From Selaginella moellendorffii (lineage: Eukaryota; Plantae; Lycopodiophyta), in the NCBI RefSeq assembly GCF_000143415.4, contig NW_003314275.1, positions 1,183,955 through 1,247,954 on the forward strand: 64,000 nt of DNA, in the 5' to 3' direction. Shown in pieces: positions 11,491 to 23,694 of the stretch. The translations under genes and the position numbers were made by a program. The first letter of the stretch is position 1. Every line of letters starts with the position of its first letter. The notes below the pieces were generated by a model. It saw nothing but the letters and a program-made list of their open reading frames with translations, was not told where the DNA came from and did no database searches.

Positions 11491-13961
11491 TTAATATATT
11501 CTCTCGATTGTGGAAACTGGACGTAGAAAGATCACGATGACTGTTATGTTGTCCCGGCTTCCTCTCTCCACAGCCGCCGTGGCTAGCCTCTTCGCACACA
11601 TTGCTGGGTCTTTAACTGTGTCACTGATCAGAGATATTGCAAGCTCGTTGCTTACAGTGTCCCATAGTCCATCAGTAGCCATCACCTGAAATCGAAGTTC
11701 AAGCAATGGTTTTATCATTGAAACGAAGATTGCTATCTTGTCTTACCAGGAATTCATCGTCAGCTGACAAGGAGCTCACAGTGATATCCGGCTCGGCAGT
11801 CACTGCTGGTTTAAGATCGCTATCACCAATTGATCGAGTCACCTGACAAACGTAAAATTGTCATGACAATCTATCCGAGCAGTCCCGTTTCTTCAATCTT
11901 ACCTGGAGTCCTGCAGAGCCAACTCGCCACGTATCAACTTGCCATTGCACTGATCCACCAGAGTTTACGACTCGGGTTCTCTCGATCGGATCACTAGCAA
12001 GATGATCCTTGCTTAGAGGAAACGACTGGCCGTCACGACACAACAGAGCTCGACAGTCTCCAGCGTTGGCCACAAAAACTCTGTCGTTGATAAACAATGC
12101 TGTTAGAGCAGTGCATCCTGGATTCCAGTTCTCTCTCGAGCCTCTCTCGCTCTCAACCTCAAACTGGAAGGCCGAGTCTGTCCTCGTAAAAGCTAGAGAC
12201 AATGCCTCTTCGGGCCTACAGCAAATATACGCTCGTTAGAAAAAAAGAGCTAGAAAACCGTGCACTGTGATAATCTTACTTGGACGATGAGCCCCGCAAA
12301 AAGCTAGGAACTGCGCGAGACGCAAACTCAGCTGCTTCATAGCCTGATATAAAAGAAATGAATTTTCACACATGAAAGAAGATTACTAGGGAAACGTACC
12401 TCTGTGCCCGTCAAAAACTCCGAATGCATGGATGTCCTTGGAGCCACTGAAATTTGGCAACAAAAAATGCCTGTCCTCCATTGTCTCTCGTCCACCCCGT
12501 GTACGAAATATTCCCCAAGATAAAGTTGGCGTATACACCAAGTCCCTGGAACGAAGCTCCTGGCAAAGCTGAGCAACTTCACTGGTATTCTCGCAGTGAT
12601 CCTGCGCTCTCGCAGCCCAGTCTATGTTCTCCATCGGGATCGAAGTCTTCGGAGGCTTTTTCACCGTGAATTCCTGCGATGGAACTTCTTCCAGCGACGA
12701 GAGCATTTGCTGGAGCTTCCCAACGATAATCTCGAAAGAAGGCCGCCGAGAAGGATCACGATGCCATGACTGCTCGATCAGAGATGAGAGTGCGACGGGA
12801 CAGCCGTTTGCCTCGCTCGCAAGAACAGGCCTGAGACCTTCGGAAGTTATAGCGGCCGAAAGTTGCTGCTCGGTGTAATTCATCTCCAAAACTGTGTGTG
12901 CCTGGGCTTCAGTTTTTCTGTCGGTGTAAGGTACTACACCAGTGAAGAGCTCGCTGTTCGAAGCAAAACTATTAACTTCAAGAAGAAATCTAGAATTTAC
13001 GAGTGCTTACTTGACTGTGATGGCAAAAGCATAAACATCTGACTTCGTGGTTTGAGTTTCCTTGTTGAGAACTTCCGGAGCCATGTATAAAAGTGTGCCG
13101 ACCATGTTCTTCTTGTGGAAGCCTCCAGTTGGTTTTCCTTGCGACTTCCAATTCGTCGAGTCCTGGCGCTTCAAGTCGTCTACGTAGCACGCAAGGCCAA
13201 AATCCGAGAGATGTGCGTCCCAGTTGTTGTCAAGCTAGTACAAAACGAAAGGTAAGTTTACTAGGCGTTTATCGAGCAGAAAAACTTACAAGAATGTTGG
13301 CTGGCTTTACATCTCTGTGCACAATTCCATGACAATGAAGATATTCCAACGCACTGGCTGTAAGGAAATCACTTGAGCTCGACCAAATCAGAAGAAGAAA
13401 AAAAAATTTAAAAATGGAAAGAAAACTCACCAAGCTGGATCGTGATCTTAAGCATCTGTTGTGTAGTGAAGTTAACTTCTCGAGCATGGAGAGCATGGAA
13501 GAGATTTCCATGCTCATAGAACTTGAACAGGAAGAGATAATCTGGAGGGTGGGCATGAGCCGCAAGGAGTGTAGAAATTCTTGGATGATTTAGCTTCCTG
13601 GACGAACAAAGAAAGGAAATAAAGATCTTAGTCACAAGTGTGGATTCTACGTTACGTTAGAAGCTGCAATTCCGTGTGGAATCGATCGAGATCATCCGCC
13701 GTGGACAGGCGAGGTTTCTTCGCTGCGACGATCTTTCCATTCAGCCTGGCGTCATAGACGACGCTCTCGGCACCTGGGATTCTTCGTCAATCAAAAAAGG
13801 AGAAAAGGAAAGGGAGAAAAGAATTAAAACGAACCGCGAGCGATTTCCTCGTTGAGCCTGATGCACGATCTTGACACCGCCAGTGGAATTCTCTCGCTAT
13901 AGCAGCATCCTCTAAAGCACTGGCGGATCGCCACGGCCCCATCGCCTTGTAATTCCCTCAT
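11491..13961 (-). CDS. Protein kinase + PP2C phosphatase fusion protein (multi-exon)
   Basis: N-terminus MRELQGDGAVAIRQCFRGCC. Kinase motifs HRDVKPANI and GTLLYMAPE. PP2C motifs RETMEDRH, GVFDGH, VANAGDCRA, ATDGLWD, GSRDNIT. Confidence 0.92.
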
Positions 13962-14251
13962 TCTTTTTCCTTCCTACTAGAAATCGAATCGCTCGCTAGA
14001 AATCGATCGATAGGATCGATTGCTCGAAATACCGACCACCGCCAGAAATAACCTACCTTGGTCGAAGGATTCAAATGAAATACAATAGAATACTTTGACC
14101 CTTTTCTTCCGCAAATCTAGGAACCTTTACTGCCACGTGGCGAGTTATCCACCGTACATAGTAGCGAAGCCAGACACGTGGCACCAGTGGTGTCCAATTT
14201 GAACACGTCTGCAACTAGCAGTTTGACACGTGGAAGGTTTTAGCGGACGGC

Positions 14252-16586
14252 TTAGATTGGCTCGTCCTCCCTGTACGGATCCCGCTCCCTGTACGGACTG
14301 CCCAGATCGTGCATTCTCGCGAGTTGGAGATCTTTGGTAAATTGCGTTCTCGATTTCGCGTAAGCAGCGCTCCGTGCTAGAGAGAAAAAATAAGAATGAG
14401 GTGTTTAGCTCGCAAGAACAGGAGAGGTTAGGCTTACTTGTTGTGATTCTTTGAGAGCGGGCAATGTTTTGTCTTCTCTTCCACAGGCAGAATCCACATG
14501 TTACTGCGACCATAGCGAAGATGAACGCTCCAAATGCGATCCCAACTTTAGCTCCAGAAGCGAGTACAAAGCCGCAACTTCGAACACCGGGTATACCACA
14601 AAGACCGGGATTGTCTGAGAAGCTGGGAAAAAGTTTGCTCGGGAAAAATCCAAGTTGGAAAGACTTTAAAAGCTTACTTGAAACTCGCGCCGTGCATTGG
14701 ACCAGCAAGAAGAATCCCCGGGACGGCACCACTCAAACGATTTCCATTGAGGTACCTGCTTGGTATTCAAAGGCTAAATGTTGGCAAGCACAGCCTAAAA
14801 CCGGAGCTCTTACAGCTTTTTCAGTCGAGGAAGATTGCCAAATGTTTCCGGAATCGATCCATTCAAGGCGTTGTATGCCAAATCCCTGCAGAGCTATCGA
14901 GCACAGCTCCAGAGACAACGAAAAACTCAAGCGAGTACTTACAACACGACAAGGTTCGTAAGATTCCCAAACTCGGGTGGAATTTGTCCATAGAGGCTGT
15001 TTCCGCTGATGTTTCTGGAGATACAAAGAAGAGAAAAAAGGATTAGAGAATGAGGACGCGCAGCTCCAGTGTCATTTACATGCTTTGCAGGTTTGTTAAG
15101 TAGGAAATGTCCTTCGCAATATGTCCCTTCAGTCCTTGATTGTCGAGGTCCCTGGACACCATGTCTGTTAAATACAAAACTCAAATTTGAAAACTTACAA
15201 TCCATCTATAAACCAGCCTCCTTTGTCGAAATGAAAGCCGCAGTTAATCCCATTCCATGGATGCTCCTGTGGTACACAGGGATCCCCATTCCATCCCACT
15301 CTTGGCGGGAGAGCTAAGGAGTTCTTAAGAGCTTGTAAAGCCCAAACTAAGAAACAATAAAAAGAACAAGATGTGAAAACCAGAATCCGGATGAGAAAGG
15401 TACCTTCTTTTGGATCAGTCGTGTACTCCATTCTGACGAGTTGGTAGACTTCGAAAGCGTTCACCAATATTGATCCTTGGACCGGCCTGAAAGTAATAAC
15501 CAGAGTTTTTCCTTCGACAAACACCGTCTTGTTAAGCACAAGAGCAGTGAACTTCGCTCCAGCAAGACCGATGATATCTACGTCCGGGAAAATGAGCTGG
15601 CTGTTCACGAGTATATCAAACACCCTCTGCTCTTTAGCTGCGATGCCGGACGATATCTCAGCAAAATGGAACCACAAGGAGTAATTCTGGTTGGGTTCTA
15701 TCTGGATGTTGTAGGACACGCTTGCACCCGTGCTGGTTATCGATGCGCTCTGATATATACTTTCCGGATAAAAGTTTGGAGCGACTGATGTGTTGTTTAT
15801 CCTTTCCGTTGTCGTCAGTGAATCTGTAGGACCTTTGTCCAGGCCCAAATCCGAGTCCCAGAACCTGTCCCCACCCCAGACACTAGCGCCAGCTCTGGAT
15901 TCATACCCCCTTAAGTTTTTCTCGCTGCAGCTAACTCTTTTGACCACCTTGAGCACGACGTGGTGGCTCCACGAACTCCCAGGAGCATAAGCCTGCTCAT
16001 CTATCTGGCTTATTTCGAATGACGAGATCGAAGGATTCCCGTGACCGGAGCTGTGAAAGCAGGCTGTGACAGCACCGTCCTCAACATAAAGTAGAGCCTC
16101 TGGATAACTCAGTCCCCTGGATCCGCCCCAGCCAGTTATCAAGCTGAAGACGAGCGTTCCCTCCAGTGAGACGTCGAACTGCGGCTCTAGATCGGAGTTA
16201 TCAGCACTACCAAAGGCGAAGAAGAATCTGAGATGGTAGTGGCCATTCTGAGTTGTGATGTTGTAGCAGTTCTCGGGACCATCTGACATCTCAAAGTAGC
16301 GAGCTGTGCTTGTCTGCGGAGCCAACACATTGCGCGTCTTGATAATTGCTGTTTTGCCTCCAGAGTATCCTGTATCTTTAAGCCACAGCTTCCCGTCTGG
16401 AGATGTTGAGCTTTCGGTAGAGCCACAGGCAATGCGTATAGCAACAGGCGAACCTGAGAAGGGACAGCTCCTAGTCACTTCAAACGGATCAAGGGAAGAC
16501 GGGAGAGGCTTACCAATTTCAGCAGAGACCCCAGAGAAAAGTATGCAGGAGAAGAGTAGCTGAAACAGCATACTCTGCCTACCCAT
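14252..16586 (-). CDS. Receptor-like protein: signal peptide, malectin-like domain, LRRs, TM, short tail (RLP4-like)
   Basis: IRIACG, PENCYNI, WGGDRFW, FHFAEI, RVFDILVN, GWNGDPCVP, NPGLCGIPG, TM followed by WKRRQN. Confidence 0.9.
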
Positions 16587-17033
16587 TGTCTTCAAACTTG
16601 CGCTCCATGCATTCTACATACTGCTGCTGTTCCAGATCTATCCTGAAACCACAAATAAATTGGGAAGTCAGGAAATGCGAACCCATCAAAGATGAACCAC
16701 CCCACCCAACGCCAGCGCTCTGTAGGCTCAGAACCGCATTTGTCGTGTTTCAGATCACTTGACGCAAGGCAAGAAGTCCCTGTTGAATCAGAAAGACAGC
16801 GAAACAAAGCAACGAATATAACAATCTTGAAGCTTAGTCTAATTACCCCTTGCTAAGCTCAAATGGCTTTCTGTCAGTTCCGACAACAGTTTTCACCTGA
16901 CACTTGACAGCACAAAACAATCGAGGTTTGAGAATTAAGACTAAAAAACTGTCCACACTCACAGCTTTGCCGGAAATAAGCGGACTACAAACCTGGGAGT
17001 AACCATTGAAGCAATGCGTTCCAGTGATAAGAC

Positions 17034-17867
17034 CTACAGACAGTCTTGAGTAGTCTGTACAGGCTGCAAAGCCAGAAGATGGCGATCCTTGTTTTTTGCC
17101 ATATTGTCAAGGCAGCTCTGCAAAAAAAAAAGAAAAACACGAGTTGCATCAGACCGTCAATGTATTTCCAGAAATGAGAGGCATTACTTGCAGAATGCAA
17201 AGCGCAGCCATCTTGTCCACAATCTGTTTCCTTCGACGAGGCTCCAGTTTTAAGAAGCTAATAGCACCTTCCACTGTCTGCAAAACCGGGAATGCAATGA
17301 AGAAAATATAGACAACAAAACATACTCTGGATGTAAGACGCTCGTCCCAGAAAACGAAACAGCTATCCTGGAGCATTTGGTTCTGCTGGAGCTCTCTCAC
17401 AAATTGTTCCACCAAGGGACCCTGGTAGAAAAGCTCAACCAAGTTTTCAAGGTGACAAGAAGACGAGGCAAAGAGACTACCTGGTAGCCTTGAAATCCTG
17501 TAATCCTGAGAGGATAGCCGATGACGAGCCCCGGCGCTGAGAGCGTCTTTACCTGCGGGTATACATTGCTGGAAAAGACGCGAGAAACAAACCATCAATC
17601 AACGCCTACCAGCGTTCCGAGCACATTCGAAGCATAGCCCGCGGGTCCTCCTTTGATGTCGATGACACTAGGAAAGCACAGAGAAAAACATGGAAATTTT
17701 CCAAGAACAGAGCAAAATCTAGCTTACCTGTGGGGATGCGCAATGCGATACTCTGAATCAGACACAGCGATGCCAATGTAGCGCGTGCCTACGTCGAGGC
17801 CGATCAATGGGCCGGTGGGCGCCCTAAGCAGCCGCTGGCAGAGCTGCGCGATCTTCACTTCTTGCAT
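17034..17867 (-). CDS. YqgF/RuvX-family RNase H-fold nuclease (putative pre-16S rRNA nuclease), multi-exon
   Basis: LIGLDVGTRYIGIAVSD, FWDERLTS and IVDKMAALCILQ motifs. Confidence 0.85.
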
Positions 17868-17878
17868 CCTCCACCGCG

Positions 17879-17895
17879 AAAACCCTAAACCCTAA
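17879..17895. promoter_or_regulatory. Telo-box (AAACCCTA x2) just upstream of the YqgF start
   Basis: aaaaccctaaaccctaa about 12 bp from the ATG. Confidence 0.65.
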
Positions 17896-19202
17896 AATCA
17901 AATTCTCTATCAACCCTTGTTTTTTTATAGCAGCAGCTAGCCTTGAGTGAGATCACGGTCTACGTTAGCTCGGGAGATCGCAGAGGCTTTGTAAAGGCAA
18001 CATGGACCTTCAATCGCGCGGATTGCAAAAGATGCAATGCATTAGCAGAGGTGGTGAGCCTTGTCAAAGATCGTGCGTGTTTCCTTCTTGCCGAGCATTG
18101 CAATGAGAAGGGATGAAGCCGACGAAAGTGCCACCCAAAGTTGGCAGCAAGACTTGCTCACGAGGCCTTCAGGAACTTCCTGGACGTGTTCAAGGGTGCA
18201 AGGGCGAGCTTGAGGACAATGAAGTGGTCTTCTACACGAAGCTGGCATTTGTGGTAAAAAGTGAGCACTACTCTGGAAAGATGAGTGCTGCTTATTCCGC
18301 TTTAACACTCCCCCGCAAAACCACACCAAACAAACTTGTCACGTCCTAAGGGATAAAACGATGATGATTTGGAGTATGAAATGATAAATGAAGAAGAAAA
18401 AGGTATTTTGATGCAACTTAATGGTAAACAGAGGTTGTTTCTAAAACTCTTGGAGGCATATTAAAAGTGGACAAAACTATGTAATTATTGTTATAGTTTT
18501 ACAGGGATCTTTGCTAGCAAAGAAAAATATTGAGAAAAAAATACTCCATACAAACCAAAAAGTGGAAAAATAACCTGCCACAAAAAACAAATGGAAGATA
18601 TATCCAGTAAAAAAGGAGATTTGTTGTTTCCTAGTTTATTTATATTAATTATGACTAATTTTTATGGCTTTGTAGCTTACATCCACACTAGTATAAGCCA
18701 TTGCTAGCATGGCAGCCACAAATACACATAATAAGGTGTGTTTTTGGTTTATAAAATTATGTGAGTTTTTATATGCTTTTGTAAGAATGAAAATAAGCAA
18801 GTGATATTGTACAATAAACTACTTTTTTCGTTTAAAATGTGGGAGAAATAAATAATTAAAAGCCATGAGAATCACTACTTTTCCAGAGTAGCTACTTTTC
18901 CAAATATATAAAAATATATGCAACAACATATGTACATTGTACTAAAATTTAGGTGTATGGAAAAGCACTATGGTGAACCATATAAAAGAAATGCTTTTAA
19001 ACCATACCTGAAATCACACGAGAAACCACTCATAGACTAATTGCAAAATATAATATTAATCATACTAAAAAAAAATTATGTGCAAAACCATTTTTGTCAT
19101 GGTCTCAAACTAGAGCATGGCCCAATTAATAATTTGTTATGCATTGCATGTAGTAACACTTGGTTTGCTTAATAGTAGTGTTATTTCTATTTAATAATTT
19201 GA

Positions 19203-19380
19203 AGTTTATAACTATAAACATGTTTATAGTTTATAAACATCAAGATTAATCTTATTGAATATCAACCATTAGATGGTAGAATAAACTAGAATATACTAGA
19301 AAATGTTTAGGAAAATTTATAAATTATAAACATGTTTATAAATTATAAATACAAAATTAATCTAAATGAATAACAACCGT
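19203..19380. repeat. Two ~110-bp AT-rich direct repeats, each centred on the palindrome TATAAACATGTTTATA
   Basis: aactataaacatgtttatagtt (19210-19231) and ttataaacatgtttataa (19324-19341), each followed by a similar attaatct..gaat..caacc tail. Confidence 0.7.
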
Positions 19381-19961
19381 ACAATATCCTACAATATCCA
19401 AACATATTCTAGGTATATTCACTACCCCACAAAATTCAATTTTCTTACACATAATCTTGCAACTTTCACATATTTCATGAATAAGGTTGGCATCATGTGG
19501 CTGGCAAGAGTGCCCTGTGGCCAGGTGATGCTACAACTCCTCGCTATGTCTCAAGCTCAGCAGACTAAGGAGCTAGTTTGTATTAGTGGACTCCAGATGA
19601 GGCTGAGTCCTGAGAACCTGTTTCCTAGTCACAAATATATTAATAGGCATGTAATACCTAAATTGTTCTTCCAGCTGCAATTTCTGAAACTGTAGCTTCA
19701 TGGCACTCTTTCAGTGTGATATTGTATCTTAGTTTTGGCCTTATTCGATTGGGATTCCTGATGTTCGCTGAATCCACATTGTATTGGAACAACCTGAACA
19801 AACCATTTAAATATGTATTTGTGGTTGAAAGTGATCATTGGAAATCTGCGACCACGTGCCAGATCACGTGCTTATGTTTTGAACAGCTGTAGAAATCCGT
19901 GATCCACTAATAACAAGCACTCGACCCTTGAGCACTTGGATCATTGTGCAAAACATCAAGG

Positions 19962-20906
19962 ATGAAGCAAGCTTGTTTTTGTTTCTTCTTCTTGGCGGTC
20001 ATCCTGCTAGAAAGTGTTTATGCCGCTACTCCGAAATGCCATCCGGAGGATCTGAAAGCTCTTCTCGCCTTCAAGGCAGGTATGTCCCACTTGGAGCACT
20101 GGCATGGCACCGACTGCTGCAACTGGGACGCAATCCGTTGCAACAATCAGACCGGGGGAATCGTAAGTGTGGCCTTCGAGGGCATTGGTGGTCCTGACTC
20201 GAGATTCAACTATGACCGCATGAAAGGTACCATCTCTGAGAACTCACTTGGCAAACTCGCCTTTTTGGAGCAACTGTACATGAACACGGTGCCGCTTGTG
20301 ACTGGAGGTATCCCGACTTCGGTCGGAAACATCCCCACCTTGAAGGAACTGGTACTGGACAAAACTGGTCTTTCCGGTCCCATTCCAGCTTCTCTGGGGA
20401 AGCTTTCCAAGCTCGTTCTGTTATCTTTCACAGGGAATAAACTTTCTGGTTCCATTCCTCACGAGCTCAGCTCGCTCCAGCGTCTCCAGTCACTCACCTT
20501 TCGCGAGAGCAGCTTGACAGGCAGCATAAGCTCCTTGGACTTCGGGAAGCTGAGATCTCTCACGGACCTTGACTTGTCGTATAACGCATTCACAGGCTCT
20601 TTCCCGGCGTCGTTGTTCGGATCGGTAAAGCTCAAGACACTTTCTGTTTCTCAAAACCAGCTCACCGGTCATATCCCTGCGAGCATCGGCAAGCTCACCC
20701 GTCTGGAGGTTCTCGACTTGTCGTCGAATAAGCTGTCTGGTGGGCTTCCTAGCGAGTTGTTCCACCTGAAGGAGCTGGCTGGTCTGGATCTGTCAGGCAA
20801 TATGCTCTCCGGGGAGCTTCCCAAAGCCGCACGCAAGTTTCCAGCCTCTGCGTTCGCCAACAATCGCCTCCTCTGTGGAAGCCCGCTTCCACCTTGTAAG
20901 CTGTGA
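19962..20906 (+). CDS. Secreted extracellular LRR protein (PGIP/DRT100-like), intronless
   Basis: Signal peptide. LRRNT CHPEDLKALLAFK..DCCNWDAIRC. Plant LRRs LxxLxLxxNxLSGxIP. C-cap NNRLLCGSPLPPC. No TM. Confidence 0.92.
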   Translation: MKQACFCFFFLAVILLESVYAATPKCHPEDLKALLAFKAGMSHLEHWHGTDCCNWDAIRCNNQTGGIVSVAFEGIGGPDSRFNYDRMKGTISENSLGKLAFLEQLYMNTVPLVTGGIPTSVGNIPTLKELVLDKTGLSGPIPASLGKLSKLVLLSFTGNKLSGSIPHELSSLQRLQSLTFRESSLTGSISSLDFGKLRSLTDLDLSYNAFTGSFPASLFGSVKLKTLSVSQNQLTGHIPASIGKLTRLEVLDLSSNKLSGGLPSELFHLKELAGLDLSGNMLSGELPKAARKFPASAFANNRLLCGSPLPPCKL

Positions 20907-21506
20907 AATGATTGCAACCTCTCGACGCAGCTCTAGGATTTTCACGGTGAACGCTGCACTGTTGTTAAGATTTATTTGAAAAAAATAAAAATAGACAACC
21001 AATGTCCCACTTCGACTGGGCTGCTGTGGAGGGAGTTGGGCGATACCCGCATTTGACGAACGAGGTTGGCGTCAAGTGGCCGACAGGAGTGCCAGGTGAT
21101 GCTACAGAAGCACGACAAGGAGCTCCTCGGCATGTCCCAAGCTGAGCAGACTAAGAAGACTAACAAGCTTCTTCTCCCCATGGGGCTTACCGTCTAGTTG
21201 CAGCTCCCCAGCACAGTTTTTATTGACTTTAGTTCATTGTTTTACACCAATTCGAATTTAAAAGTTGTTCATCCACAACATGAAACTAGAATACAATATC
21301 ATACTGGACGAGTGCTATCATTTCAATTGCGATTCCTGATGTTTGCTGAATCACATGCTCATGTTTTGAACAACGTGAACAAGCCATTTGGATATTGATT
21401 TGTGGCTGAAAGTGACGGAAGTCCGACCACTGATAAGAAGCACTAGCTTGAGCACAAGGATATAAGTTCTCATTAAGATCATTTGTGTGGAAGATGAAGA
21501 TTTGGG

Positions 21507-22698
21507 ATGAAGCAGCTGGGTTGTGTTTGTTTTGGTTTCTTTTTGGCGGGCATTTGTGTTCAAGCCGCTACTCTGAAATGTCATCCGGAGGATCTGAAAG
21601 CTCTTCTCGCCTTCAAGGCAGGTATGTCCCACTTGGAGCACTGGCATGGCACCAGCTGCTGCAACTGGGACGCCATCCGTTGCAACAATCAGACCGGGGG
21701 AGTCGTAAGTGTGGCCTTCGAGGGCATTGGTGGTCCTGACTCGAGATTCACAAAAGGTACCACAGTATGCACCAACAACTGTCCCAGTCTCCGAGAACTC
21801 ACTTGGCATCCTCGCCTTCTTGGAGCAAGTGTATATGAACACGGTGCCGCTTGTGACTGGAGCTATCCCGGTTTCGTTCGGAAAATCCCCACCTTGAAGG
21901 AGCTGGTACTGGACAAAACTGGTCTCTCCGGTACCATTCCAGCTTCTCTGGGGAAGCTTTCCAACCTGGTTGTGTTGTCTTTCACAGGGAATAAGTTCTC
22001 TGGTTCCATTCCTCACGAGCTGAGCTCGCTCCAGTATCTCCAGTCACTCACCTGGCGCGAGAGCAGCTTGACAGGCAGCATCAGCTCCTTCGACTTCGGG
22101 AAGCTGAGATCACTGACGGACCTTGACTTATCGTATAACGCTTTCACAGGCTCTGTCCCATCGTTAACGTTGTTTGGATTGGTGAAGCTCAGGACACTCG
22201 CTCTTTCTGACAACCAGCTCACCGGTCTCCGGCCCGGGTCAACCCCAACGACCAAAAAAGCCGCCCCTTCTATACAGTCAGGCCCCGCGCATCCCTGCGA
22301 GCATCAGCAAGCTCACCCGTCTGGAGGTTCTCCATTTGTCATCAAACAAGCTGTCTGGTGGGCTTCCTAGCGAGTTGTTCCAGCTGAGGAGCCTGACGAG
22401 CAATCTGTCTGGTGCTGTCCCAAGCGAGTTATCCAGGCTGAAGAAGCTGACTGGTCTGGATCTGTCAAGCAATATGCTACCAGGAGCCGCACGCAAGTTT
22501 CTAACCTCCTCCTTCGCCAACAATCCTGGCCTCTGTGGAAGCCCATGGTTGAGTAAGGAGCTTAAGAGCCGAACGAGGAGAAGCCGGACTTCCTCTGATG
22601 GCATGGCTCTAGTAAAGCTTCCACCTTGTAAGTTCTTGCAGCAGCCTCTGAATTCGTCTTGGACTTTCACGATGTATGCTGCCGCTGCAAGTTGCTAA
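21507..22698 (+). pseudogene. Frameshifted tandem duplicate of the LRR gene
   Basis: Near-identical N-terminus. Frame changes around 21760-21880 and an ~60-bp insertion at about 22227-22290. Upstream DNA (21060-21500) also duplicates 19490-19960. Confidence 0.85.
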
Positions 22699-23106
22699 AA
22701 TGTGATTGAAAAAAATTAAATCTTTTTGGGGAAAAAAAAGACCTGCCAATGTTCCACTGTAATCAATAGCAGCGTGAGGAAAGCGTGGCCTTCGTGCACT
22801 GTTTAGAAATGTGGAGATAAGTGATGCAGCGAGCCAATTATCGAGATATTCCTGCAGAGACCGGCCACAGTCAATGCATGAAAGACGGAATTTATAAAAC
22901 CTGGAGGTAGTGAATCAACTTACAGGCAATCTTGTGCGGTTGCGAAGCCAAGAGATGGCTATGTTATGAAGGCAAGATAAACTTAAATTATATCCCTACA
23001 TCAGACTGTTAGAACAGGTGGTCTGCAAAGGGGGAAGGTAGAAGTCCATGGGAATAAAGATGTTTGTCATTAAGATCACCAAGAGGAGCATGCCCTAACT
23101 ATGGTG

Positions 23107-23558
23107 ATTAACGAGAAGTTGCATCATCGAGGGACCAGCGCAAAAACCAAAACCTCTAGCAGCCTTACTGCCAGTACTGCAAGATTAGGTTTAGTAGTTC
23201 TTGGTCGGTGTTAAATCTGCCAATCTTCCCTGGTGCACTGTTTGGTAGCGAGAAAAGCTGAGCGAAGCAAATCCCAGATCGCAATACTGGCTAGTGCAGA
23301 ATGCCGGGCTTGGAGATACCACTCCAGAGCAGTGTCTTGGAGTGTAGCAGGGAAGAACCAAAGGCGATTGGCTTCATCAGCAATCGTACTACTGTCTAGT
23401 CCCAATTGTTCAACTAAAAATTGGTTGGGGCAGTGCACCGATGACTAACTCCCACCAGGAACTATTGAAGTCTTGCAATACTAGCAGCAGGGTTACTAGG
23501 GGTTCTGGTTTTTACACTGGTCTCTCCCTTTGCATCAATAATACAGCCTCTCGTTGAT
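23107..23558. mobile_element. Fold-back relic: ~105-110-bp inverted arms around a retrotransposon gag-like fragment
   Basis: Arm 23107-23213 (gagggaccagcgcaaaaaccaaaacctctagcagccttactgccagtactgcaaga) matches the reverse complement of 23446-23558 (gagagaccagtgtaaaaaccagaacccctagtaaccctgctgctagtattgcaaga). The loop encodes RLWFFPATLQDTALEWY on the minus strand. Confidence 0.7.
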
Positions 23559-23694
23559 ATCCTCTGGATGGGATATTTCTTTAGTTCTGCAGTCCCTTTT
23601 TCTTAACAACCATTAAGTGTGCCTTTTTTGCTTCTCTCTACAAAAGCACTTAGGGCAACTTCACCTATTTTCGTTTTCTTACTCGGGCCAAGTT

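Noticed and set aside
17034-17867. YqgF as a recent bacterial horizontal transfer
   Set aside because: It has several spliceosomal introns and a telo-box; nuclear YqgF-like genes are common in plants.
18002-18349. Short GC-balanced ORF (18113-18349) divergent from YqgF
   Set aside because: No recognisable domain or consistent gene structure; may be a gene relic but cannot be supported.
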